From Fibrobacteria bacterium (lineage in GTDB: Bacteria; Fibrobacterota; Fibrobacteria; UBA11236), in assembly GCA_041746255.1 (NCBI GenBank), contig JBGTHM010000045.1:1-12494 (forward strand): 12,494 nt of DNA, in the 5' to 3' direction. A program made the translations under genes and the position numbers. A model generated the notes under the pieces. The model made no database searches and was not told where the DNA came from. It was given only the letters and a program-made list of their open reading frames with translations. Shown here in pieces: positions 1 to 7,423 of the stretch (positions are counted from its first letter, which is position 1; every line of letters starts with the position of its first letter).

Positions 1-209
1 TGGCTTATAAAAAGAAAAATACCGTAGCTATCGCCTCAATCAGACATTTCCGGACTTCGAACCGCCCGGTGATCAATCGTCTGCGCAATTCCATACAAGT
101 GACCCTACCGTCAAACACCGATAAACTGATCATCCGGAACCTGCAGGGTAAAATGCTGCATGAAATTCCCCTTTCCAAAGCTCCCGGGCACCAAGCAATG
201 GATAGGTAA
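1..209 (+). CDS. 3' end (partial) of a beta-helix protein paralog, copy A of the tandem array
   Basis: Not in the ORF track. The frame from nt 3 reads AYKKKNTVAIASIRHFRTSNRPVINRLRNSIQVTLPSNTDKLIIRNLQGKMLHEIPLSKAPGHQAMDR* (TAA at 207-209). This aligns with the C-termini of the two downstream copies, and nt 1-32 are identical to 1471-1502. Confidence 0.9.
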   Translation, partial: AYKKKNTVAIASIRHFRTSNRPVINRLRNSIQVTLPSNTDKLIIRNLQGKMLHEIPLSKAPGHQAMDR

Positions 210-248
210 AAAGTCATGCAAACTAAATCCCGATCCCGGAGGACTATC

Positions 249-1664
249 ATGCGTTCCGAAAAATTTTGGCTACCCTTAGGATTGTTGGGAATGTTGATGA
301 TTTCCAACGTCTTCCCACAGCAACATTCCACCTTGTGGGGCGTGAATGGGGAGAAATGGGATCCTGAAATCCTGCCTGATTTTTCCAAGGCGGGTTACCA
401 GGAAGGCATGAAACCCATCCCCCAATACCCCGTCTCGGTCAATGTCAAGGACTACGGAGCCGTGGGGGACGGCAAAACCGATAACACGATGGCTTTTCGA
501 AAAGCCATTGTCGCCGCAAAAGCGTTCACCTCGGTATATATTCCCGATGGGGTATATGTCATCAAAGACACCATCCATATTGGCAAAAGCATTTCCCTCA
601 GGGGCCAAAGCCGCGATCAAACCGTACTTTATTTTCCCAACGAATTGGAAGATTTGTATCCAGATCCTTACGTAGGACGAATTCACAAGGGCGTGCAAGT
701 CAGCTGGTATGCTTATAGAGGCGCGTTTCTGATTCTGCCGGGAGGGGAGGAGAAGGGAGTTGAAACCCTTACTTTGAAATTTCCGAATGTCAAGTGGCGG
801 ACACATCACCTCGAAAGAGGTTACAACGGTATTTGGCTATCCGGTGAGAAAAATGGTTGGGTCAAAAACGTTCGCATCATCAACACGGATTACGGCATAT
901 ATATATCCGGGTCGAATAATCTGACGATTACGGATATCCTTTTTGAGGGGGAGAGCAACCGCACGGGCATCTCCGGTCACCATGGCGTCGCCGTGTACCA
1001 CGAGTCGTTTTACTGCCTGGTGGAAAATGTCGATTTCGGTACCGCGTTTGTTCATGAACTATCCCTTGGGGGGGGAGCGGTACACCACAATGTTTTTTCC
1101 AATTGCCAAGGCAAAAACATTCATATGGACCATCATTTCAATAAGGGCCAGAAGCCTTTTTCCACCAATTTGTGGACCAATATGGACCTGGGTAGCGGCA
1201 AGGGCGCTTGGGGTAACAATGCCCAGGGCAACGAGCCCGAAAATAAGGCTACTGCATTCAAAGGCCTCACTGGCAGCACCTTTGGCGACGTCTATTGGAA
1301 TATCCGCAGCACCGAACCTATAAATGCTCCCCTGGGCATGTCAAACATTACGGTGGGCATGAATACCAACGACAAGGCTTCCTTTAAATGGGACGCCGCA
1401 ACCTACAAGCATATCCATGAGAAAATCGATCCCGCAAAGCTGGAACCCAAAAACCTGTATGAGGCCCAGTTGGCTTATAAAAAGAAAAATACCGTAGCTA
1501 TCACCCCAATCAGGCATTTCCGGTCTCCGGAACGCCCGGCGATCAGTCGTATGCGCAATTCCATCCAAGTGACCCTACCGTCAAACACCGATAAACTGAC
1601 TATCCATAACCTGCAGGGGAAAATGCTCTATGAACTTATTCGGTCAAGAAGTTATGCAAAGTAA
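249..1664 (+). CDS. Secreted right-handed parallel beta-helix protein (Pectate_lyase_3 / GH28-GH55-related superfamily), copy B; putative polysaccharide hydrolase or lyase
   Basis: Start moved from 216 to ATG 249 because GGAGG (238-242) lies 6 nt upstream and the hydrophobic signal peptide follows directly. It has the beta-helix cap motif VNVKDYGAVGDGKTDNTMAFRKAI...VYIPDGVYVI...ISLRG, Asn/aliphatic coil repeats, His clusters (HHLE, GHHG, MDHH) and a C-terminal IHNLQGKML tail. 471 aa. Confidence 0.85.
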   Translation: MRSEKFWLPLGLLGMLMISNVFPQQHSTLWGVNGEKWDPEILPDFSKAGYQEGMKPIPQYPVSVNVKDYGAVGDGKTDNTMAFRKAIVAAKAFTSVYIPDGVYVIKDTIHIGKSISLRGQSRDQTVLYFPNELEDLYPDPYVGRIHKGVQVSWYAYRGAFLILPGGEEKGVETLTLKFPNVKWRTHHLERGYNGIWLSGEKNGWVKNVRIINTDYGIYISGSNNLTITDILFEGESNRTGISGHHGVAVYHESFYCLVENVDFGTAFVHELSLGGGAVHHNVFSNCQGKNIHMDHHFNKGQKPFSTNLWTNMDLGSGKGAWGNNAQGNEPENKATAFKGLTGSTFGDVYWNIRSTEPINAPLGMSNITVGMNTNDKASFKWDAATYKHIHEKIDPAKLEPKNLYEAQLAYKKKNTVAITPIRHFRSPERPAISRMRNSIQVTLPSNTDKLTIHNLQGKMLYELIRSRSYAK

Positions 1665-1686
1665 AATACCATCCCTGAGGACTATC

Positions 1687-3111
1687 ATGCGCTCCGAAAA
1701 AATTTGGCTATCCATAGGATTGATGGGTATGTTGATGATTTCCAACGCCTTCCCACAGCAACATTCCACCTTGTGGGGCGTGAATGGAGAGAAATGGGAT
1801 CCTGAAATCCTGCCTGACTTTTCCAAGGCGGGTTACCAGGAAGGCATGAAACCCATTCCGGAATACCCCGTCTCGGTCAATGTGAAGAACTACGGAGCCG
1901 TGGGGGACGGAAATACCGATAACACAGCGGCTTTTCGAAAAGCCATTGCCGCCGCGAAAGCGTTCACCTCGGTATACATCCCCGATGGTGTCTATGTCAT
2001 AAAAGACACCATCCATATCGGGAAAAGCATTTCCCTCAGGGGACAAAGCCGCGATCAAACCGTGCTTTATTTCCCCATCGAGTTGGAGGAATTGTATCCA
2101 CAACCTTACGAAGGACGCATTCACATGGGCGTGCAGGTCAGCAGGCATGCTTATGGTAGAATGGCGTTTCTGATGATGATGGGAGGCGAGGAAAAGGGAG
2201 TCGAAACCCTCACTTTGAAATTTCCGAATGTCAAGTGGCGGGGACATCACCTCGAACAGGGTTACAACGGTATTTTGATGACCAATGAGAAAAATGGTTG
2301 GGTCAAAAACGTTCGCATCGTCAACACGGATTACGGCATGAAAATAGCCCTTTCGAATAATATTACGGTTTCGGGTATCCTTTTTCAGGGTGAGAGCAAC
2401 CGCAGTGGCAAGTCCGGTCACCATGGTGTCTACCTGAACCAGGAGTCTTTCAACTGCCTGGTGGAAAATGTGGAATTCGACATTGAGTTGGCCCATCAAC
2501 TATCCATTTCGAGTGGCGCGCACCACAATGTTTTTTCCAATTGCCGGGGCGAAAACATGCACATGGACCATCACTTGAATAAGGGCATGATACCGATGTC
2601 CACCAATTTGTGGACCAATATCGACGTGGGTAGCGGCCAGAACGCTTGGGGGAACAATGCGCAGGGCAGTGAGCCCGAAAACAAGGCTACAAGCTTCAAA
2701 GGCCTCACCGGCAGCACTTTTGGCGAAGTCTATTGGAATATCCGCAGCACTCAACCCATCTTTGCCCCCCTGGGCATGTCAAACATTGCGGTGGGCCTGA
2801 ATACCAACGACAAGACTTCTTTCAAATGGGACGCCGTAACCTACAAGCATATCCATGAAAAAATCGATCCCGCAACGCTGCAACCTCAAAACTTGTATGA
2901 GGCCCAGTTGGCTTATAAAAAGAAAAACACCGTAGTCCTTGCCTCTAAAAAGCGTTTCCAGACTTCTGCTCACCAGGTGATCAATCATAGGCGCAATTCC
3001 ATCCAAGTGATCCTACCCTCAACCACTGATAAACTGTTCATCCGGGACCTGCAGGGTAAAATGCTGTATGAAATTCCCTTTTCCAAAGCGTCGGGGTTCC
3101 TACTGGAATAG
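1687..3111 (+). CDS. Secreted right-handed beta-helix protein (Pectate_lyase_3-like), copy C
   Basis: Start moved from 1630 to ATG 1687, which has the same GAGGactatcATG context as copy B. It is colinear with copy B and shares its motifs (VNVKNYGAVGDGNTDNTAAFRKAI), with C-terminal IRDLQGKML. 474 aa. Confidence 0.85.
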   Translation: MRSEKIWLSIGLMGMLMISNAFPQQHSTLWGVNGEKWDPEILPDFSKAGYQEGMKPIPEYPVSVNVKNYGAVGDGNTDNTAAFRKAIAAAKAFTSVYIPDGVYVIKDTIHIGKSISLRGQSRDQTVLYFPIELEELYPQPYEGRIHMGVQVSRHAYGRMAFLMMMGGEEKGVETLTLKFPNVKWRGHHLEQGYNGILMTNEKNGWVKNVRIVNTDYGMKIALSNNITVSGILFQGESNRSGKSGHHGVYLNQESFNCLVENVEFDIELAHQLSISSGAHHNVFSNCRGENMHMDHHLNKGMIPMSTNLWTNIDVGSGQNAWGNNAQGSEPENKATSFKGLTGSTFGEVYWNIRSTQPIFAPLGMSNIAVGLNTNDKTSFKWDAVTYKHIHEKIDPATLQPQNLYEAQLAYKKKNTVVLASKKRFQTSAHQVINHRRNSIQVILPSTTDKLFIRDLQGKMLYEIPFSKASGFLLE

Positions 3112-3270
3112 GATTGAATCGCGGCGGCTTCAAATCCAATCTGACTGGGTAGCTCCCTCATTTTTGCGAAACAAAACCTACGTTACTCGCGCGGCTGCCC
3201 GGACAAAACCCCAAAGCGGGCCGTAATGGGATCGATTTCGGAACCCGTTCCGGGTGAAGCGGAGAGAAAG

Positions 3271-3304
3271 ATAAACCCCGGCAAGCTAGCTTGCCGGGGT
3301 TTAT
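3271..3304. terminator. Perfect 34-bp palindrome; probable bidirectional intrinsic terminator (or REP-like element) between convergent genes
   Basis: ataaaccccggcaagct|agcttgccggggtttat is exactly self-complementary. It has a GC-rich stem followed by TTTAT on both strands and lies between the stops at 3111 (+) and 3336 (-). Confidence 0.75.
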
Positions 3305-3335
3305 GCAGATTCGGTAAGCGGATTCAATCCGTCGA

Positions 3336-4424
3336 TTATTTGGGAATATAAGCCTCGGTGGTGCTTGCTCCCTCCTGCGATATCCGGACGATATGGACTC
3401 TGTTTCCGGGAACCGGGATGAAAGAGTTTTGCAGTAAACCCGTTTGCCTGTGTATGACTCTTCCCTGCAGGTTCGCCACTTCCAAGTGTACAGGGTGGTT
3501 GCCGCCGACGAGGGTGAACCCACCCAATCCGGATCGGATTTCCAAGTTACCCTTTTTGCCGGGAATCAGCGTCTTCACCGAGGGACGAGCGACATGCTCC
3601 TCAAGTAATTTTCTAACCTTGTTAAAATCGCCTTTTTCATCCCCGCCCTGACCATCCCAGGTGGACCACCACCAAGCCATTCCCGCATCGGAGATGTCCG
3701 CCTTGCCGACTATTGCCGGATAATCCATTTGAGGGGTCTGGGACGCCACTACCCGGTCATACAACCACTTCATTCTGTCGTCTTTATGATCCCGGGCCCA
3801 ATTCATTGCGGATAGATCTCCTCGGAGAAGGGTGTTTTGATCGGGAATGCGATGGATATTATCCTTGGGAACGCCCAATGGGTGGACGTCTTCCAGATTG
3901 AAAGTGTTTCCTTTGTCATTGTTGGGGTGGTGGGTGATGACATGGACGAATTTACGCTTGTCCTGCTGGCTTTTCTTCAATGCCATCACTATGACGTCCG
4001 GCTCTCCTGCTTCGATTATCCATAAGGGATCTTCGGCGGTGGAGTTGTCGATATGTTTCACGAGGTCGTTGACCGTGGCGTCGGTTTCCTTGATGGCATT
4101 GAGAAATTTGATATGGTCGAATCCGCCCCAGCGCTCAGCGGTGCCGTCGCAGCTTATCTGCAGCTCCGTTTCCCGATAGGCCCCACCTCTCGCGCTCGGC
4201 ACCAGGTCGCAGGAATGGGAGTAGTGGACGAGTTTCTCTTCCAACCCCATGGCGCGAAGAATCGCCAAACTGATCGGAATGGCGGCGATGTCGTCCGAAT
4301 CCCTGTAGTTGCCATCGGCGATGTAGGCCAACCGGCCCATGGGAATTTCGGCGACCGCGGCCGAACCGAACCCATGCGCCAGGCAAATAATCCCCGTCAG
4401 GGGCAACAGATAAGAGTATTTCAT
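3336..4424 (-). CDS. Secreted hypothetical protein with a nucleoside-hydrolase-like Asp motif and a C-terminal sorting (T9SS CTD-like) domain
   Basis: ATG 4424 (AAAGAAAGG upstream) is preferred over TTG 4451. Signal peptide MKYSYLLPLTGIICLAHGFGSAAVA|E. YIADGNYRDSDDIAA follows a first beta-strand, as the DxDxxxDD motif does in the IU-nucleoside hydrolase/DUF1593 fold. The tail reads LEVANLQGRVI...RVHIVRI. 362 aa. The ORF is solid but the function is tentative. Confidence 0.7.
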   Translation of the reverse strand: MKYSYLLPLTGIICLAHGFGSAAVAEIPMGRLAYIADGNYRDSDDIAAIPISLAILRAMGLEEKLVHYSHSCDLVPSARGGAYRETELQISCDGTAERWGGFDHIKFLNAIKETDATVNDLVKHIDNSTAEDPLWIIEAGEPDVIVMALKKSQQDKRKFVHVITHHPNNDKGNTFNLEDVHPLGVPKDNIHRIPDQNTLLRGDLSAMNWARDHKDDRMKWLYDRVVASQTPQMDYPAIVGKADISDAGMAWWWSTWDGQGGDEKGDFNKVRKLLEEHVARPSVKTLIPGKKGNLEIRSGLGGFTLVGGNHPVHLEVANLQGRVIHRQTGLLQNSFIPVPGNRVHIVRISQEGASTTEAYIPK

Positions 4425-4627
4425 TACTGAACCTTTCTTTGATTTTTCCAAAACTGGGGATTAGGCATACGCCCCGGAAAGGCGTTTCATCGGGCAGCCT
4501 ATATCATCAAAGTTAATGCCATGCTTCAAATGTCGCTTACCCCCTTAAAGGCTCGCGATGTGGAAACTGTTTTATGCACTAATCGCTTCACGGAAGCCAG
4601 TCTATTCTTCTTGCGCGTGCTCCTTCC

Positions 4628-4645
4628 GGCTCTGCGGCCAGAGCC
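4628..4645 (-). other. Small GC hairpin just downstream of the lipoprotein stop codon
   Basis: ggctctg-cggc-cagagcc forms a 7-bp stem with a 4-nt loop. There is no U-tract on the minus strand, so it may be an mRNA-stabilising or pause structure rather than a terminator. Confidence 0.35.
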
Positions 4646-4647
4646 TG

Positions 4648-6384
4648 TTAGGGAAAGGTCAAGAGTTTGGAGCCGGGTTTCTGGTTCTCATATTCCAAAG
4701 CAATGCGGGCCGGGGCGTTGGCCTGCCTGGAGATGCGGATTTCATCCATGACACCTTCCCAGGCATTTTTACCGCCGGATTGAGCGCCCAATACCAGTTC
4801 TCCGGATGATCCATAGGCGATTCCCGACCTGTCTTCGAAGGTGCGCACGGGCTTTCCATTGATGAAGAGCGTTCCCGCTCCTGTCCCGGCATCGAAGGTG
4901 GCAGCCACATGAACCCAATCCTGGCCCGGAGGAAGCGGGGCCCTGGCGGTGACCGTGCCCGCTTTGGATGTTTCCGTAGCCAGGGCGAATTCCAGGACTC
5001 CCGCCTTGCCCAGCCAGGTCAATGAGAAGGCCGCGACGGACGATCCGGATCTTTCCTTCCAGAAAAGACAAGCCCTATCGGCCTGCGCGCCGTCGGGACG
5101 CACCCAGGCCGATAGGGTGAGCGAGGGGGGATTCAGGGAGGCCTTACTCTTCGCCGCCAATTCATCTCCGCTTCCGATGGCCCGGCCTTTCCCGATTATG
5201 CCCTGTGTGTTGACAGTTGCCCCGATTCTCAAATGATTCTTGTTATAGGTGGCGTCGGCAAGAAACCCGCCGGCACCGTAACCGGAGAAATGCCATACCG
5301 CGACATGGCCGAGCGCCGAATCATATACCGCCCGAGGCGCTGAAGCGGAAAAGACATCGGTTTTGCCGAAATGGATGTTCACGGCCTGGTTGTCCCGGTT
5401 GCCGAATACCGTATCCGCTTTCACCCAGATGTCGGCCAGGCGATTGTGAATATCCCAGGTCTCAATCTCGTATGGGAGCGTTTTCCCCGTGCCGTCGGTG
5501 AAACGCAGATCCGCGCCATCCATGGGCGCGCCCACGCTATCGAATGGGAAGTTGGAGGAATTCAGTTGGATCAGGAGGGGAAAGTCGGCGACGGTGGATG
5601 GGATGTTCGCCCCCGAGGCCGTGGTATTGAGTTGAACCGTCAGGACATGCGGCCAGGTATCCAAATCCTCCGACCCGGGCGGATTCAAGGTGAATCGGCC
5701 GATATCGGTCACTTCACCGGAATTGACCACCACATCGTCGATCCTATGATTGAGTCCCAGAGTAGGGTATAGGATGCGAATGTAGTAGGTGCCGGGTGGG
5801 ACATCGTCGATCCGGATTTCACCGGTGGTGTCGATCGTCATCTTATTCCTCAAGCCGGGTATTTGCAATTCACCCGAAGGCAGGGGAGTCAATCCGGCGG
5901 GGAAGACGATTTGCCCTGAGACCGATCCCCTGGTTTTCAAGGTATCCGGGGACAAGGTGACAACCGAATCGGCCTTGCCCGGAGCGGCCAGGTGGACTTC
6001 CCGGAAGGAAGCCGCGGACCCATCACCCTCGGAAATCAGGTAGTAATCCCCGGGAGGGATGGCCGTGAATCGAAAGCTTCCATCCGATTCCGCCAGGACG
6101 GTTTTTTCCAAGCCTTCCGATGTGTCGCTGTAGGTATCGCTGGTCCGTAATACCACCCGGGTACCTGCCGCAGGGCTCCCGTCGGAATACACGGTCGAGC
6201 CCGCCAAGGCGAGGGTTTCCCCTTCCAGGCCGCCTCCCGCCCTCGGCTCCGGCGGCTTCTCATCCTTGACGAAATTGCATCCCGAGGCCACCAAGCACAT
6301 CAAGGTCACCAAGGTCATCAAGAACAATGGGAGCATATTAACGGCGGCCGGGAAAGGCGCGCCCGAGGAATTGGGCCGCTTCAC
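4648..6384 (-). CDS. Putative lipoprotein: two carboxypeptidase-regulatory-like (transthyretin/Ig) domains, DUF2341, and a LamG/concanavalin-A-like domain
   Basis: The GTG start overlaps the upstream TGA (GTGA, 6381-6384), with AGGAG 6 nt upstream. A hydrophobic stretch ends in the lipobox-like VASG|C36. Beta-sandwich motifs: DGSFRFTAIPPGDY and IDDVPPGTYYIRI. DUF2341-type motif: DFPLLIQLNSSNF...DGADLRFTD...LPYEIETWD...ADIWVK. LamG motifs: LTLSAWVRP, WVHVAATFD, TLFING, WEGVMDEIRIS. 578 aa. Confidence 0.85.
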   Translation of the reverse strand: MKRPNSSGAPFPAAVNMLPLFLMTLVTLMCLVASGCNFVKDEKPPEPRAGGGLEGETLALAGSTVYSDGSPAAGTRVVLRTSDTYSDTSEGLEKTVLAESDGSFRFTAIPPGDYYLISEGDGSAASFREVHLAAPGKADSVVTLSPDTLKTRGSVSGQIVFPAGLTPLPSGELQIPGLRNKMTIDTTGEIRIDDVPPGTYYIRILYPTLGLNHRIDDVVVNSGEVTDIGRFTLNPPGSEDLDTWPHVLTVQLNTTASGANIPSTVADFPLLIQLNSSNFPFDSVGAPMDGADLRFTDGTGKTLPYEIETWDIHNRLADIWVKADTVFGNRDNQAVNIHFGKTDVFSASAPRAVYDSALGHVAVWHFSGYGAGGFLADATYNKNHLRIGATVNTQGIIGKGRAIGSGDELAAKSKASLNPPSLTLSAWVRPDGAQADRACLFWKERSGSSVAAFSLTWLGKAGVLEFALATETSKAGTVTARAPLPPGQDWVHVAATFDAGTGAGTLFINGKPVRTFEDRSGIAYGSSGELVLGAQSGGKNAWEGVMDEIRISRQANAPARIALEYENQKPGSKLLTFP

Positions 6385-7217
6385 TTTTCGCTCCTGGGCA
6401 AGGGTTTACTGAGAGGAAAAATTTCAAAGTTGAATTGGTATATAATTTCCTCCGCCGGCTCCTTCTCGACCAATTCAAGGATCCGGAGACGAAAAACCCG
6501 CAATTCCTCTACGATTTCCTGGTATTTGGCGCGGGTTGTGGAGAGTGTCAGCCAGGAGAGATTCCGCTCTTCCCGCGGAAACCGCTTAAGGGCTTCTCCG
6601 CCGAGTTTGTGCATGGCGGAGAAGAAGCCTTCCACTTGGGGTCCCCGCGCGTCATAGCCTGTGGTGAGAACGGGGTCGACGCGGGCATAGGTGCCTTGCC
6701 CGGTCCTGTGCATCATACCCAAATCGATAAGCACGCTCATCGCCTCCTTGGCTTCTTCCGCGGTGATGGGCGGTTCCAGCAATTGTCCCAGTTCCCGGTA
6801 ATTGCCGTTGAAAGGCGTCAGAGTCAGCAATTCGCGCATGGCCACGTAATACCATTTTTCCAGGTACCGGAAACGATCCGGGCCAAGGTCCTTGATTTTG
6901 AAGGCACGGGTCGCCTCCAGTTTTTTCTGATGCCTCAATTTCTGGTTCGCATCCGTGGCTTGGTTGAAAAGCACCAGCGTCAGGAAATACTCCTTCTCCT
7001 TTTTCTTGAGTTTCATGACGTCAGCCAAACTCTCGGCGGTTCCGAGGGAAATATTGCTTTTGCCTTGGAGGATCAGGGTGAAAAATCCGGGTGAACGGTA
7101 ACCGACCTTCCCGGCCAGAAGCCGGTAGGAAAAACGGGGATTCGCCTTTTTCTTCAGCTCATACCAATCCCGCAGGAGCAGGCGATAATCGAGATAGGTG
7201 AATATGTTCAAGTCCAT
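6381..7217 (-). CDS. TIGR02147 family protein (Fibrobacter paralogous family; HTH-like N-terminus, DUF4423-like C-terminus)
   Basis: Likely start ATG 7217, giving 278 aa, the typical family size. Hallmarks: IFTYLDYRLLLRDWYELKK..NPRFSYR.LA.KVG..SP.F..LIL.GK.NIS; YF..LV.FNQA; YLEKWYYVAMREL; L.PPIT..EAKEA...L..LG; ERNLSWLTLS; IYQFNFEIFPLSK. Confidence 0.9.
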   Translation of the reverse strand: MDLNIFTYLDYRLLLRDWYELKKKANPRFSYRLLAGKVGYRSPGFFTLILQGKSNISLGTAESLADVMKLKKKEKEYFLTLVLFNQATDANQKLRHQKKLEATRAFKIKDLGPDRFRYLEKWYYVAMRELLTLTPFNGNYRELGQLLEPPITAEEAKEAMSVLIDLGMMHRTGQGTYARVDPVLTTGYDARGPQVEGFFSAMHKLGGEALKRFPREERNLSWLTLSTTRAKYQEIVEELRVFRLRILELVEKEPAEEIIYQFNFEIFPLSKPLPRSEK

Positions 7218-7423
7218 TCCTATTGATATTAACACGTGGATCATGCCGCTCGGAAAACGGAAGGACGGCCGAAAGGATATTAAAGTTAAAGCTAATATAG
7301 GGCATGGGCATGATTCCCGCGGGAGGAAGGCGAAAACCGCGTTTTGTACACAAAACACCCCTAGAGAAGTCAGAAATCCAAAAAAATCTAATTCCCCCAA
7401 AAAAGGAACTATTCTGCGAATGG

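Larger units (their letters stand above)
1..3089 (+). repeat. Tandem direct gene-sized repeat, at least 3 units of about 1.44-1.47 kb
   Basis: The anchor tggcttataaaaagaaaaa occurs at 1, 1471 and 2909 (periods 1470 and 1438). The start context gaggactatcatgcg occurs at 239 and 1677. Confidence 0.95.

Noticed and set aside
216..248. ORF-track starts at 216 and 1630 for the beta-helix genes
   Set aside because: The RBS and signal peptide fit ATG 249 and ATG 1687, and the 1630 start would overlap the copy B stop.
705..2530. Diversity-generating retroelement as the cause of the variable patches
   Set aside because: There is no reverse transcriptase or non-coding template repeat in the window. 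The differences include third-position and non-adenine changes (GGG vs CTT) and codon indels, and they spread over about 380 nt in mid-gene rather than one short C-terminal region. A remote element cannot be excluded, but nothing here supports one.
5..3006. Repeated antisense ORFs (5-388, 276-809, 1644-1826, 1708-2499, 2500-2754, 2779-3006 and others)
   Set aside because: Their mutual similarity follows from the tandem duplication. Their lengths and stops mostly differ between copies, and none shows a protein motif.
7218..7400. 61-aa N-terminal extension of the TIGR02147 ORF
   Set aside because: Family similarity starts at MDLNIFTYLDYR (7217). The extension is AT-rich, looks like promoter DNA and includes a TATATT on the minus strand at 7294-7299.
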